Assembly (NCBI RefSeq): GCF_964213995.1
Contig: NW_027590164.1
Coordinates: 186,001-250,000 of the forward strand
Direction: 5' to 3'
Length of the DNA: 64,000 nucleotides
Source of the DNA: Mustelus asterias
Lineage: Eukaryota
Below, in pieces: positions 13,520 through 27,617 of the stretch. The position numbers were made by a program, and so were the translations under genes. The number at the start of each line of letters is the position of its first letter. Within the stretch, counting starts at the first letter, position 1. The notes under the pieces were generated by a model, which was not told the DNA's origin, made no database searches, and was given only the letters and a program-made list of their open reading frames with translations.

Positions 13520-14345
13520 TTAAGTGGTGTCCCGCAGGAATCTGTCTGAAGCCTCAATTATTTACAATATTCGTTAAGGGCTTAGATAATGGCACCAAAA
13601 GTCAAATATCCAAATGATAGATCAAGATATATTTTTTAGAAGGCACAAAGCTAAATTAAGTGGATGCCAAACAAGATTTGGGGTTAGGCGCATAGTTTCT
13701 TAAAATGTCACGATCTGATGCAGAAAATAATCATTCAGTCCAATGGAATGCTGGCCTTCTTATCCAAAGGACTGGAGGAAAGGGAAGCAGAAGTTGTACT
13801 GCAATTGTATGAAATCCTTCTTAGACCCCAATTAGAGTACTGTGAGCAGGTATGGGCAACACACCTTTGGAAAGATGTTGGCTCTGGTGGAAGTTCAACG
13901 CAAGTTGAGAGGAGAGATCAGACAAATTAGGACTTTTTCCCTCGAATTCAGAAGGTTGAGGGCTGCTCTGATAGAAATCTATGAAATGTTTCCAGGGAAG
14001 GACAGGGTAGAGAAAGATAAAATGTTTTCACTAGTTGAAAGTTCGAGAATAAAGGGCCATAGTTTAAAAAATAAGGACAGGCCGTTCAGGAGAGTTGAAA
14101 GAAAGAATTTCTACACGCAGAGAGATGTGAATGTTTGGAACTCTCTTCCGCAAACACCGGTGGGTGCTGATTCAATTGTTAGATTTAAGTCTAAGATCGA
14201 TTTTTTTTTTATTGAACAGGGGATCAAGGGATATGGGCCTCGGGAAGGTACATGGATTCGGCCAAAGATCAGCCATGATGTTATTGAATGGCGGGGCGAG
14301 TTCGAGGAGCTGAATGGCCAACTCCTGCGGCTATGTTCCGATGTT
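13520..14345 (+). mobile_element. Degenerate CR1 LINE 3' part
   Basis: NGMLAFLSKG...LRPQLEYC; FSLEFRRLR...FYTQR..NVWNSLP. Confidence 0.85.
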
Positions 14346-14629
14346 GCCAGATCAGCATCAGATCAAAATGGCTCAATCCATGGTAATGTATTTTTGTTCA
14401 TTTTGGTTAAAAGGAGGGACGTTGACCAAGGCGCTGTTGGAGACCATGGGACCTTTAACGTCCAGCTCAGCAAACATGGCGTTGGGAAAAGTTTCGTTGT
14501 TCATCATTCCATCTGAAAAATAGTCGGGGTCATTATCACTGAAGACTCCCAGGAAGGAAAATGTGTGTGTGTGTGTGTATGTGGGTTAATGTGTTTTATA
14601 CGTTGTTAGATCTTTATAAACATGATTTG

Positions 14630-14660
<31 letters not shown>

Positions 14661-15548
14661 ATGTCTATAGTGGTGATTCAGCATTGTAATATCATTGAGT
14701 GACAAGGGGCAACGGGTAGACTCTCCCTTTTTGGAGATGGTCATCGCCTGGCGCCAATATTACCAATAATCACCAATTCACAAAAATAAACTAATATTTC
14801 ACCAATTATTGTCAGTATTTTATTTGATGCAAATGTAATTGCAGTTTATTTAATATAATTCATTGAGATTCAAATGTATTGAGATCACATTGGCCTTTTT
14901 GTCACCAAAGAATCAAATCTGCCCCAGAATTCAGAGGGAAATTGGATTAAATCATACCAAATAGTAGCAGCTACCCAACAGCCTCTGCGCTTTATTGACA
15001 AGTAATCACCTCATCATCACACAGAAACTCCTGATATATAACTGGAGTGTGTGACCATTTTTAAAATGACTGTACAACTGAAAGTATCTGTATCTAATGT
15101 GAATTTATAGAAGCTTAAAATCCCGATTCATTTTTACACAGTTCTGGCAAGTAATTTACTTCAAGCTGTCCAGTGAGTTTCACAATATTTTAGTTGCCAC
15201 ATTGTTTACTTTTTAGCCTATTATCTTCACTAATTTGAGTGATGATCTGTTGAGTGATTTTGTTGCACTAGAAAGGCCCAAATATTACAATCTTCCCTCA
15301 TCAACCTAATCATGTTCCCTCTTTCCATCTTGCACTTGAAGGTTCACCATCAGCATGGGGAAAAATCAGACTACTCTTAGTGAGGTTCAATTCACTTGCT
15401 CCCGATATCCTGGGGATGGAATTCACCCAGGAAATCTGGAAGGATTAAAGGTTGTAGACTGACACAATTGTAATTAAGGACCATCTTCGATTTTTGAAGG
15501 AGTAAAGCACAAGTATGCGAACGTAGAGCAACACATTTTAGGACCAGC

Positions 15549-16485
15549 TATAGAACCATAGAAAATTACAGCTCAGAAACAGGCCTTTTGGCCCTTCTTG
15601 TCTGTGCCGAACCATTTTTTTCCTAGTCCCACTGACCTGCACTTGGACCATATCCCTCCACACCCCTCTCATCCATGAACCCGTCCAAAATTTTCTTAAA
15701 TGTTAAAAGTTAAAATTTGCCACTTTATCCGGCAGCTCATTCCACACTCCCACCATTCTCTGCGTGAAGAAGCCCCCCCTAATATTCCCTTTAAACTTTT
15801 TTCCTTTCACCTTTAACCCATGCCCTCTGGTTCTTTTCTCCCCTTGCCTCAGTGGAAAAAGCCTACTTGCATTCACTCTCTCTATACCAGTCAAAATCGT
15901 ATACACCTCTATCAAATCTCCCCTCATTCTTCTCCCCTCCAGGGAATAAAGTCCCAACCTATTCAATCTCTCTCTGTAACTCAGCTTCTCAAGTCCCGGC
16001 AACATCCTTGTGAACCTTCCCTGCACTCTTTCAACCTTATTTACATCCTTCCTGTAACTAGGTGACCAAAACTGCACACAATACTCTAAATTCTGCCTCA
16101 CCAATGCCGTATATAAACTTACCATAACACTCCAACTTTTATACTCGATACTCCGATTTATAAAGGCCAATGTACCAAAGGCACTCTTTCCGACCCTATC
16201 CACCTGTGACGTCACTTTTAGGGAATTCTGTACCTGTATTCCCAGATCCCTCTGTTCAACTGCACTCTTCAGAGTCCTACCATTTACCCTGTACGTTCTA
16301 CTTTGGTTTGTCCTTCCAAAGTGTAATATCTCACACTTGTCTGCGTTAAATTCCATTTGCCATTTTTCAGCCCATTTTTCTAGTTGGTCCAAATCCCTCT
16401 GCAAACTTTGCAAACCTTCCTCATTGTCGACTACACCTCCAATCTTTGTATCATCAGCAAATTTGCTGATCGAATTTACCACATC
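15549..16485 (-). mobile_element. Young 5'-truncated CR1 LINE
   Basis: Open 259-aa RT C-terminal frame (ISKFADDTKIGG...). Absent from the paralogous site near 29645. Confidence 0.95.
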
Positions 16486-18232
16486 GTCACATCCGTCAGT
16501 CCATTCACTGATTCCTCAATGAAAACATTCAGGCATCCAACTATCGTTCATCCCTGCATCAACACAAGCAATTCTATTTTTTTGTGTAGACGGTGGAGTA
16601 ATATTAATGCCAGTGGACCAGTAATCCAGAAACCCAGGCCAGTGATGTGGGAACTCGAGATTAAATTCGACCATCGCAGCTGGTGGAATTTGATTTCAAT
16701 CAATATATCTGGATTAATACTGACAGCGACCAGATAAATGTCTCTGATTCCCCAATCAAGGAAATCTGCCATCCCTACTTGATCTCACCAGGGTGTGACT
16801 CCAGGCGGACAGCAGTATACGTAACTGGGCAATGCCTTCTGAGATGCCCGAGCACACCAGTTGAAAATAAATTAAGCACAGGAAACAAATGTTGGTCTTT
16901 CCAGAGACTCCCACGCCCCATGGAAGAATAAAGTGAAATAAAACACAAACATACATGTTTATGGAGTATAAAATTTATCATCTCTCTGAATCAACTCTCA
17001 CAATCTGCCGATATTTATTTCCATCCATCGATCACAGTGGTTTGTTGTGTTAGATAGATCATCATTGTTGCTAACAAGGTGCCAGAGAAGCTGGAAACTT
17101 TCTTTTGCTAAGAAATGGGGAGCATTCATACAGGTTTACAACTTTAAAAATAATTAAGTTGCCTCCAGTGCTGTTGCTGGGCAGATTTGTTTATAAATAG
17201 GCCCCATTGACAATGCTATGAGTTTGAAGTTGGCTTGCAGCCAAGCGCTCAGTACTGAGGAAACAGATCTTTGAGTTTCTGAACAAACACCCTCAGATGC
17301 TTCCTGCAAACATCTTCGGGTATTTGGCAGCAGGTTGGACTGCTGCCAATTACTGTGTGGGACAGATTAACGTGAATATGTAAGGATAAAATAGGACTTA
17401 GCCAGTTATGCAATAAATGTTTGATTCCCACAAGAAAGACTCGTTTTAAATGGTATTCATTCCAAGCAAATACTTTAAATGAATGCACTGTTCATTATGT
17501 GATTTAGCAGTATTGGAAACTTGTAAATTGGTTAGGTGCTAGGTCATTTGTATAACTTCCAAATAAATGTCCTTCCAACAATTAAAGCCACTTTGTGAAC
17601 AACTTCATGAAGTGCAGGAAAGAGATTTTGATGTCCCCAATCCCTCAGCCCAATGAGTTCAGTGTAATGGCACGAAAATGAAAATAATTAAAAGTAAAAG
17701 AAAGTCATATAACTGCCTTGAACAGCGCGGATTCCTGGAATATTCTCAGTGTTCTGCCCCTCATTAAAAATACTCTTACACCTGATTAGTACCATGTTCT
17801 GTTGTGCAGCAGAATCTGATTTCGATTATTTAACAGTGCCTCTTAGAGCTGCCAATCTGCGAAGAAATGGCTAATTCATAACCTGGTTCAGTGGAAGATA
17901 AAACATCTATTCTTGTGATATTGTGCAACATGCCGCAAAGTCCTGATGTCCTGTACTCCCACTACCAGTGAATGTTAGAAAGCCGGCGGCCAATAAAATG
18001 AGTTGCAATGATTTGGATGCTGACGGAGAATTTTCCTGATCGCTGTGTCCGTTCTGATTCATTAAATTCTCTGTCAAAAGTCGATTTCAATTTTGTTTCT
18101 CAGCCAACTCAATTAATTATAAGCCAACCTGGTTTCTTTCACCGTTAATTTTCACAGGGTCAAGTAGCTGTTGGAGAAATATAAAGTGTAACATTGTATC
18201 ATATGAGGATTTTCTTTTTTGAATTCATTCGT

Positions 18233-18545
18233 GGGAGGCACAGTGGCATAGTTGTTAACACTTCTGCCTCACAGCGCCAGGGACCCGGGTTCAATTACCG
18301 GTTTGGTTCTGTGTGGAGTCACTGTCTCTGTGGAGTCTGCACACTCTCCAATTGTCTGCCTATTTACTCATTCGGTCCAATGATGTGCTGCTTAGGCTGA
18401 TAGGCGATGATAAATTGTCCCGTAGTGTCAAGGGAATTAGCAGGGAATATACGTGGGGTGATGGGTATAGGGCCCGGGTGGGAAAGGTGTCGGTGCGGGC
18501 CTGATAGGCCAAATGGTCTCCTTCTGCTCTGTAGGGATTCTATGG
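18233..18545 (+). mobile_element. V-SINE (internally deleted)
   Basis: tRNA-like head and HE1-type tail. Confidence 0.75.
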
Positions 18546-19870
18546 ACATCGTGCCACTGGATGATCGGCATTTATTGCCCACCTCTTATCCGAGGGCAGT
18601 TGAGAGCCAACCACATTGCTGTGGCTCTGGAATCACATGTAGGCCAGACCAAGTAAGAACAGCAGATTCCCTTCCCTAAAATACATTAGTGAACGAGATA
18701 AGTTTTTAAACAATCGGCAATGGTATCATGGTCATAAGTAGATTCTTAATTCCAGATGTTTTTACTTAATTTAAATTCTACCATCTGCCGCGTTGGGATT
18801 CGAAGCCGGATCCTGAGAACATGAGTTGAGTTTGTGGATTAATTGTCTAGCGACAAAAATACCAGGCCATTGCTTCCCTTCTTCTTATGTCCACTCCCAA
18901 ATTACAGTGATAGCTATCCACACCTGAAATACAATAAATCGATAATAATTGCTCCAATGAATTATATTTTTGCTGCAATGTGTTAGAGAGAGACAGAATT
19001 ATTGCAAGTCAGATTGACGTCTTTACCCTGATAAGGTAATGTCATCTTGTTTATGTCTATTCCCTTGTGGAGGGGTCGATAAATGAAGGGACTTAATTTA
19101 CAATGAAACTGTTCTTTTTTCTCTAACAGAGACTCAATTGCAATTTCACCTCTTGGACTAGCAGAGGCATTACAATGGATCTCATTGTTACTGCCTCAGT
19201 CTTAGTCTCTCTCTGGAATGTCAGTGTCAGCAATCAATTCACCGGGAATAATCCTCGGGGTTTTTGATTTATTTGATTTGATTTGATTTGGTTTGATTTG
19301 ATTTTTTATTGTCATGCATATTAATGCGCAATGAAAATTATTGTTTCTTGTGCACTATAAGGAGAGAGCATACCGTACATAGAGAAGGAAACGAGAGAGT
19401 GCAGAATGTAGTGTTACAGTCAGAGCGAGGGTGCAGAGAAAGATCAACTTAATGCGAGGTAGGTCCATTGAAAAGTCTGATTGCAGCAGAAAAGAAGCTG
19501 TTTTTTAATCGGTTTCTACATATCCTCATACTTTTCTATCTTGTTCCCGATGTAGAAAGGTGAAAGAGTGTGTCCGGGATGTGTCCGGGCGTTTTGTTGT
19601 CATTGTCTTTTTCATATTTTTACAAGTATCGAATCGGAGGTTACGTTAACTAAGCCAGAGGCAGAAACCGGGCATCCCTGAGGCTCCCTGAGACTGAGCT
19701 GCAAAGACAATGCGCTGAATATTGGCAGCAACTGGATGGTCTGAGTCCCACAGGTCCCTGAACAATCTTTATAGTGTCTTCTTCAGTATGATAATCTTGG
19801 ATCAACCTACAATTCCTCTACCCCAGAAAGTCAGAATTAATTTACTCCGCCCAAAGACATTTCAAACAAC

Positions 19871-20907
19871 GTGAAGAGAAAATGCTGGAAAATCTCAGCA
19901 AGTCTGGCAGCATCTGTAAGGAGAGAGAAGAGCTGACTTTTCGAGTCCAGGTGACCCTTTGTCAAAGCTTTGTCAAAAGACTACCTGGAGAAGAAACATA
20001 GAACATAGAACATCACAGCGCAGTACAGGCCCTTCGGCCCTCGATGTTGGGCCGACCAGTGAAACCACTCTAAAGCCCATCTAATCTACACTATTCCAAT
20101 ATCATCCATATGTTTATCCAATAATCATTTGAATGCTCTTAATGTTGACGAGTCTACTCCTGCTGCAGGCAGGGCATTCCACGCCCTTACTACTCTCTGA
20201 GTAAAGAAACTACCTCGAACATGTGTCCTATATCTATCACCCCTCAATTTAAAGCTATGTCCCCTAGTGTTAGCCATCACCATGCAAGGAAAAAGGCTCT
20301 CACTATCCACCCTATCTAATCCTCTGATCATCTTGTATGCCTCTAGTAAGTCACCTCTTAACCTTCTTCTCTCTAACGAAAACAACCTCAAGCCCCTCAG
20401 CCTTTCCTCACACGATTTTCCCACCATACCAGGCAACATCCTGGTAAATCTCCACTGCACCCTTTCCAACACTTCCACATCCTTCCTATAATGCGGCGAC
20501 CAGAACTGTACACAATACTCCAAGTGCGGCCGCACCAGAGTTTTGTACAGTTGCAACATGACCTCCTGGCTCCGAAACTCAATCCCTCTACCAATAAAAG
20601 CTAACACACCATACGCCTTCTTAACAACCCTATCAACCTGGGTGCCAACTTTCAGGGATCTATGCACATAGACACCCAGATCCCTCTGTTCATCCACACT
20701 ACCTAGTATCTTACCATTAGCCCAGTACTCTGTGTTCCTGTTACTCCTTCCAAAATGAATCACTTCGCACTTTTCCGCATTAAACTCCATTTGCCACCTC
20801 TCAGCCCAGCTCTTTTCTCTCCTTACAGATACTACCAGGCCTGCTGAGGTTTTCCAGCATTTTATCTTTTGCTTTCAATTCCAAAATCCGCAGAATTGCT
20901 TTTGTAC
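19871..20907. mobile_element. MER6/Penelope-like element with inverted ends, carrying a nested CR1
   Basis: 10-bp TSD TTCAAACAAC (19861-19870 and 20908-20917). About 57-bp inverted repeat AAAATGCTGGAAAA..CTCAGCA..TCTGTAAGGAGAGA..AGAGCTG. Confidence 0.75.
19997..20812 (-). mobile_element. Young 5'-truncated CR1 LINE
   Basis: Open 221-aa frame at 20125-20790; (CATAGAA)n tail on the + strand. Confidence 0.95.
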
Positions 20908-21614
20908 TTCAAACAACATCGTCTCTTTGGAAATAACATGAAAACCGAAGATTCCTATCTTTCCCCGGTCCACTGTGATGAAAATGACTCTTAGCCACCA
21001 CTGAAATTGCCGAGCAAGCTATCCAGTTGTATCAAAGCTGCTATGGAAAGTTAAACAATAAAATCATCCCGAGGGTAGGTTTCAACGAGGCGGTTCACAA
21101 TCGCCTTTTCAGCAGGGACAATTAATGTTCCTTTGTCAGTGATGCTCACATCCAGAGATCAATAAAAACAGTGCAAAGTGCTGAAGATTCCGGAAATCTA
21201 AAACTAAAACAACAAAAATGCCACTCAGCAGCTCAGTGGGCATCAGCAGAGACAGAACCCGATTCACATTTAAGATCGATGCCAGGATGCAAAATCTCAT
21301 TGATATAATTACGAAGAGCAAGGCTGTTCTGCCCAATATCCTACGCAAGTCCTCATTCTTCAAATAAAATCACAAATTTACTGGCCACTTATTACATCTC
21401 AGTTTGTTGGAGCAAGTTGTACGACTATTACCTGCTGTATTTCCAACATTACAGCAGTGACTAAATTCAGGAAAGGTACATCAGTGAGCTTTAAGAACTT
21501 TGAGAGGACATGAGGTCGGGTAAATTGTTCTGTAGATGCAAGTTCCACTAAAATGAAAGTTGTAATTCTTTGGAAGCGCTGAGATTAATACGAATACAGT
21601 CATTCTTCTGCCTG

Positions 21615-22090
21615 ATCATAGCAGCATGAAATCATATAATCCCTACGGTTCAAAAGGAGGCCATTCGGTCGAACAAGTTTGCAGCGGTTCTCCAGCAGAG
21701 CATCCGATCCAGGCCCAGCCTTCACCCTATCCCGACAACGACATAATTCACAGGCTAATCCCCCGATCCTCCACATCGTTGGACACTAACAGGCAATTTA
21801 GCACAGCCAATCCACCTTGGCCTTGGGAATTGATAGCTGGTGCAGAGTTGATGAACCGAATGGTCTCCTTCTGCACTGTAGGGAGGCTATGATTCTACGT
21901 TGCACATCGTTGGACGCTAAGGGGCAATTTATCATAGCCAATCCACCAAACCTGCACATCCTTGGACTGTGGAAGGAAATTGGAGCACTCGAGGAAACTC
22001 ACATGGATATGGGTAGAATGTGAAAACCACACACAGTCACCCGAGGTTGGAATCGAACCCGCTTCTCTGTCGCTGTGAGGCAGCAAAGCT
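21615..22090 (-). mobile_element. Rearranged V-SINE copies
   Basis: SINE tail, an inverted tail fragment and the central domain GGACTGTGGAAGGAAATTGGAGCAC. Confidence 0.7.
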
Positions 22091-23246
22091 AATTGTATCT
22101 CCTAGTGATAACCACACTGGGTTTTTTATTCTTCCCTCGTGTGAGTGTGATCACTATTTGTGATAGGAATACTTCAGACATCAGGTCTGTTTTTTTTATT
22201 TAACTTGTCTAGTTTAAACAGATTAAATCCTCAATCAAGTTAACACTGAGTGGAATATCTGCCTGTTCACAGATGCTTTGTTAATTGTGACATCAGAACT
22301 TTCAGAACTAATTCTGAAATGGAATGTATCATTTTCTTTTAATTAAATACATCTGGTGTTATGAATGTTCAAAAAGTTTCTATTCACTTCGAACCAACTG
22401 TTAATATTCTTAAAATAAACCGCTATTTTGAGTTGAAACTGATCAATAAGTGACGGTTTATCTGGTTTTGCTGTCATGGACATTTCATTGTAACCAGTGA
22501 GCTTTTTATGTAAATAAATACAAAAATAGAAATTCCAAATTAGATTGTTGACTGACAAAAACACAACAAATATTTCCCCACGAACACAGCACAGAAATAG
22601 AGACAACCATGCAAATCAATCAACGGATTCCAGTAATGATTGTTTTTCCACATTATTTCTTCGTCAGTTATGTGAAGAAAAACATCATGATGATATCTAT
22701 GTTCTGAATTAGGAAATAATCCCTCTGATTCCGAAATATAATGACACTGCAAATGTTTTCGTGGAAATTCCCTGCATTTCATCCCTTTCTCTGTCTTTCT
22801 CTTGTCTGGTTCTGTGTCTTGTCTCTCCAAGATGGTTCATCGTCTTCACTCCACAGCATAAAGTCAGTGTCTGCCCAATCTATTGTCTCAGCCAGAAATA
22901 TAGGCTTCTAAAAGAATGTAATTCAATGAATTGGAATCTGTGAATGAGATTTACTCTAAAAGATCTCTTGAGCATTCTATGATCTTGAAATGCTTGATAC
23001 ATTTTGTTCTGTATCTAACCTCGGCTGTACTTAATGATAAGGATTCGACGTGGCAGTTCCGAAGGATCTTTCCCTATATTTAGCCGGTGCTGTCCCTGTC
23101 CTTGAAGTATTTGACTGGACAGTGTCGAGGAACATTTACTCTGCATCTAAACACACTGTCCCTGCCTTTTGAATGTTTGATATGACTTTGTCAAGGAAGA
23201 TTTAATCCGTATCTAATCTCTGCTGTATCTGACCTGGGTGTGTTTT

Positions 23247-23612
23247 CATAGAAATCATAGAAATCCTACAGTGCAGAAGGAGGCCATTCGGCCCATCGAG
23301 TCTGCACCGACCACAATCCCACCCAGGCCCTACCCCCACATATTTACCCGCTAATCCCTCTAACCTACGCATCCCAGGACTCTAAGGGGCAATTTTTAAC
23401 CTGGCCAATCAACCTAACCCGCACATCTTTGGACTGTGGGAGGAAACCGGAGCACCCGGAGGAAACCCACGCAGACACGAGGAGAATGTGCAAACTCTAC
23501 ACAGACAGTGACCCGAGCCGGGAATCGAACCCGGGACCCTGGAGCTGTGAAGCAGCAGTGCTAACCACTGTGCTACCGTGCCGCCCCAACCACTGTGCTA
23601 CCGTGCCGCCCC
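23247..23612 (-). mobile_element. Young full-length V-SINE (HE1-like) with a duplicated 5' 25 bp
   Basis: Near-identical to 47381-47704; flanked by GTGTTTT direct repeats. Confidence 0.93.
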
Positions 23613-24711
23613 GTGTTTTATGGAACTGTGTAGACGGTCTTTCCCCTGTACCTAGTACGAATTTAAACCTGCCTCCCGAATCTCTAAAGGAAGAGTGCAG
23701 AAGAGGTTTTACGTAGAAGAGAGTCCATGCTCTTTCTGCCTTCATTTTGTTTGAGCAGACTTTGTAGAGGGAGTTTCACTCTGTTTCCAGACAGGATAAT
23801 GTTCTGAGAATGTTTGATTTGGATAGTGTAGAGGGAGATTAACTTTGCATGTAACTCATGCTATTCCTGCCTTGGAGTATTTAATTTGGCAATGCAGAGG
23901 GAACTTTACATTCTGCTGCTAACCCTATGTTACTGCTGTCCTGCAAGTTTTTGATGGGACAGTCGGCCGTCTCTACAAATTTCATGGGGATTTAACCAGT
24001 CTCTTTATATTACAGTAAATTTACCCTGTATCAGCTTATATTATGAGGCCAAGACCCTGTTTATTTTTCACTAGACCCTAACTCTTTCTATATTGCACGT
24101 AGAATTTTATATTGCCAGTCTCTATCCATCTTAAACTGGATGTTTTATCTGTTTATACTAAGTTAGACGCTATCCCTGTTTATATTATACTTCACCATGT
24201 TTCTGTTTATATTAAACTAGACGTTGTCTCTGTTTGTACTAATTTAGATCTGTCCGTGTTTGTATCAAACTAGATGCAGTCTTATTTCTGCAATTGACCG
24301 TGTCCACGTTTATATTGTATTGGATATTTACTGCACTGGACAATGCCAGTCATGATGAAAGTGGTTGGGGGAACACAATTCTCTGCATCCTACTGCAAGT
24401 GCAAACTCTATGAGGTTTTGGGCACTGGAAAAGAAGAAGTGATATCTGAAATCTACTTCTGCTGACTGCATTGAAAATGGATACTAAGCCCTGTGTAGCA
24501 TGCACTGTCAACAAAGAACAAAAAACAAAGACAATTACAGCACAGGAAAAGGTCCATCGGCCCTCCAAGACTGCACCAACCAAATACTGTCGATCCAATA
24601 CTGCCAGTTTCTCAATCCTGCCTGATAGCAATGTCTTTACCCAACATATTACCTCTTCTTCTTGAAGAACCGTGTAGTAATACAGACATAATTCAAACAG
24701 AGGTATAGTTA

Positions 24712-25352
24712 ATAGAAACATAGAAGATTACAGCACAAAACAGGCCCTTCGGCCCCACAAGTTGTGCCGAACATATCCCTATCTTTTAGGCCTACCTATA
24801 ATCCTCCATCCTATTAAGTCTCACTTACTCATCCAGGAGTCTCTTAAAAGACCCTATTGAGTTTGCCTCCACCACCACTGACGGCAACCGATTCCACTCG
24901 CCCACCACCCTCTGTGTGAAAAACTTCCCCCTCACATTTCCCCTGTACCTACCCCCCAGCACCTTAAACCTGTGTCCTCTCGTAGCAGCCATTTCCACCC
25001 TGGGAAAAAGCCTCTGAGAGTCCACCCGATCTATGCCTCTCAACATATTATATACCTCTATTAGGTCTCCTCTCATCCTACGACTCTCCAAGGAGAAAAG
25101 ACCGAGCTCCCTCAGCCTATCCTCATAAGGCATGCCACTCAATCCAGGCAACATCCTTGTAAATCTCCTCTGCACCGTTTCAAGCTTTTCCCCATCCTTC
25201 CTGTAATGAGGCGACCAGAACTGAGCACAGTACTCCAAGTGGGGTCTGACGAGAGTCTTATATAGCTGCATCATTATCCCCGGACTCCTAAACTCAATCC
25301 CACGATTGATAAAGGCCAGCACACCATAAGCCTTCTTAACCACCTCCTCCAC
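24712..25352 (-). mobile_element. 5'-truncated CR1 LINE
   Basis: EEVVKKAYGVLAFINRGIEFRS...FFTQRVVGEWNRLP. Confidence 0.93.
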
Positions 25353-27617
25353 CAGTGCAAGAATAACACTGACACAGCCTAGTGAAATATATACAGGGTC
25401 AGTATCAAATATTACATATCCAGAGAGAATGTCTAGTGCAATATAAACTGTGTTCTGGGTGTAGCAGAGTATTAACAGAGCCAGACGGTATTTTAATATA
25501 AACAGGGGCCTGATCCAACAAAATAGAAATGAGTTAGTGCCGAGTGCCATGTGGGGATGGTCAAATGCCAAATTCCAGTGACAAGCCACATCCCATGAAA
25601 GAAACATTTTTAAAAATGACATTGTCGAGGAAAAGAAAACTGAGACAGTGTCTATCGCAGTTTTACTGATATAGGAGCTTGTGCGACATGAACTGGGACA
25701 GCGCCGAGTAATTAATGATACTGGACCGAGATTTGTATGAACTGAGATGGAGCCAAGTGCATTAGTAATAATTACTGATACAGGACAGAGACAGGTTTAA
25801 ACTGAGGCAGAGTCCAGTGTGTTAGTGATAATTACTGATACAGTACCTTGACTGATATAAACTGAGACAGAGCCCACCTTCTTCGTAGTAATCCCTGATA
25901 CAGGACCGAGACTGATACACACTGAGATTCGGACAATGCAGCAATTAGGAGGTATTACAAAGTACAATAAAACGAGACATGAAATAGTCTTAAACAATCA
26001 AATACATGGACTGGTGCAGCATTAACTTAAAAATGATCTAGATTATTAAAATCTAATGAACTGTTAGCAAAATAACTGTGACAGAACCATGTGTAATGCA
26101 TGAAGACAGTATTTCCAGTTTAGTATACAGTGGTAAATGTTCTGAGGCAGTAAGAATTAAGACACGGCCTCTTGTCAGATTAGCAGAGACATGGCTAAGT
26201 GCAGCCATAATTTAGAAATTATAATATTAACAGAGCCTGTGCCTCGTACATGGACAGCTGATATTGAGCAGAGTGCAGGAAAAAACTTAGGCAGGACCTC
26301 CTGGAATGTGATCCAGGCAGAGCCTAGTGTAACACAGAGTCAGAGGCGAGTTGAATATAAGCAGAGATATGATATGTTTAACATTACTTCATGGGATTTT
26401 GACGTCACTGATAATGTCAACTTTTGTTGCCAAACTATGATTTCCTTTGGGAAGCTGGTGGGTGGGGTGTTCTTCGAGACAGCTACTTTTTCCAGAAAGG
26501 CATTGAGCTTTTTGAGTGCCACAAGTCAGTCAAGTAGAGAATATTCAATCAGCTGTGTTGGAACAGACTTGGTGGGCAGAAGGGCGTTTTCATGTGCTGT
26601 ACTGTTCTTTGTTCTTTGTTCATACTCCTCACCTTTGCCTTGTAGATGAAGGATAGAGTTTGGGAATTCAGGAGGTCAGCTGTTCACTGCCGAACTCCTG
26701 ACATCTGACCTTCTCTTGTAGCCACATGATTTAAATGTATTTTCCAGTTCAGATTTTCACGAAGTATAATGCCCAGGATGTTGATAGTGAGGGATTCTGC
26801 GGTAGTAACACTACTTAGTGTCAAGGGGAGATGGTTGGAATCTCCCTTATTGGAGAGGGTAATTGTCTGCCACTTGTGTGACATTAATGTTACTTGCCAC
26901 TCATTATCCCAAGACTGAATGTTTTCTAACTCTTGCTTCATATGGACACAGACTGTGTCAGTCCCTGAGGAGTCGGAACTGGTGCTGAACTTTGTTCAAT
27001 CACCAGTGAACAAACCACATATGAGCTTTGATGATGGCTGAAGCTTGGGGCTTGGTCACTAACCTGAAGGATTCCTGCAAAGCCCTGTGACTGAGATCAT
27101 TGACCATTAACAATCACAACCATCTTCCTTTGTGCTCCAGCCTGTGGACTGTTTTTCCCTTGATTCCCATTAACTGCATTTCGCTCGTAAGGTTAATTCT
27201 GCCACAAGTTCTGCCCATTAAGCTACCATTTGTCAGTGTGTGTTATCGTTTTTGTATCATGAATGGATATTAGGAGCTTTGGTGTAGAGCCAATTATCAG
27301 CAAAATCCTGTAGTCCTTGCCCTGCTGACGGTGTTGAATGTCTTAGCGAGATGGAACGAAGTACGTTAAAGATATGGACACATATGGAACATGGAGAAGT
27401 TGTTGCCTGGAGTAAATCTTTCAACACAATCACTGAACTGCACATCAGGAACACCCGGTCTGCAAGCAGATGATGTATTTCAAGTGGGACCATAGCAAAT
27501 ATCATTCCTGTGATGCTATGACTGAGATATGTCTGTAGCTGGAGCAGTCTCTTCCATTGGCTTACTTTTCAAAAAGTGTGATGAATTTGAATTATACACC
27601 TCTTGTGGAATGGTGGG

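Larger units (their letters stand above)
19180..20955 (+). pseudogene. IGHV: IgH V pseudogene: intron remnant, V exon 19626-19870 and 20918-20955; no leader, YYC or RSS
   Basis: Reads IESEVTLTKPEAETGHP*GSLRLSCKDNALNIGSNWMV*VPQVPEQSL*CLL...QN*FTPPKDISNN//IVSLEIT..KTEDS, aligning with the VH at 32163. Four stops, acceptor AG mutated to AA, two TE insertions. Confidence 0.92.
7350..20960 (+). repeat. Copy A of an old tandem segmental duplication (ends in a VH pseudogene)
   Basis: Collinear blocks shared with 20960-32470: 7370-7930/20965-21540, 8400-9140/22200-22935, 9500-10060/24130-24710, 14790-15540/28880-29640, 16490-18180/29660-31360, 18890-19160/31400-31695. Confidence 0.85.

Noticed and set aside
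17880-18030. Minus-strand signal-peptide-plus-CC frame resembling a chemokine
   Set aside because: A stop follows shortly, the CC is not kept in the paralogous copy near 31100, and there is no exon structure.
23247-23612. tRNA-like A/B boxes at SINE heads
   Set aside because: Parts of V-SINEs, not tRNA genes.
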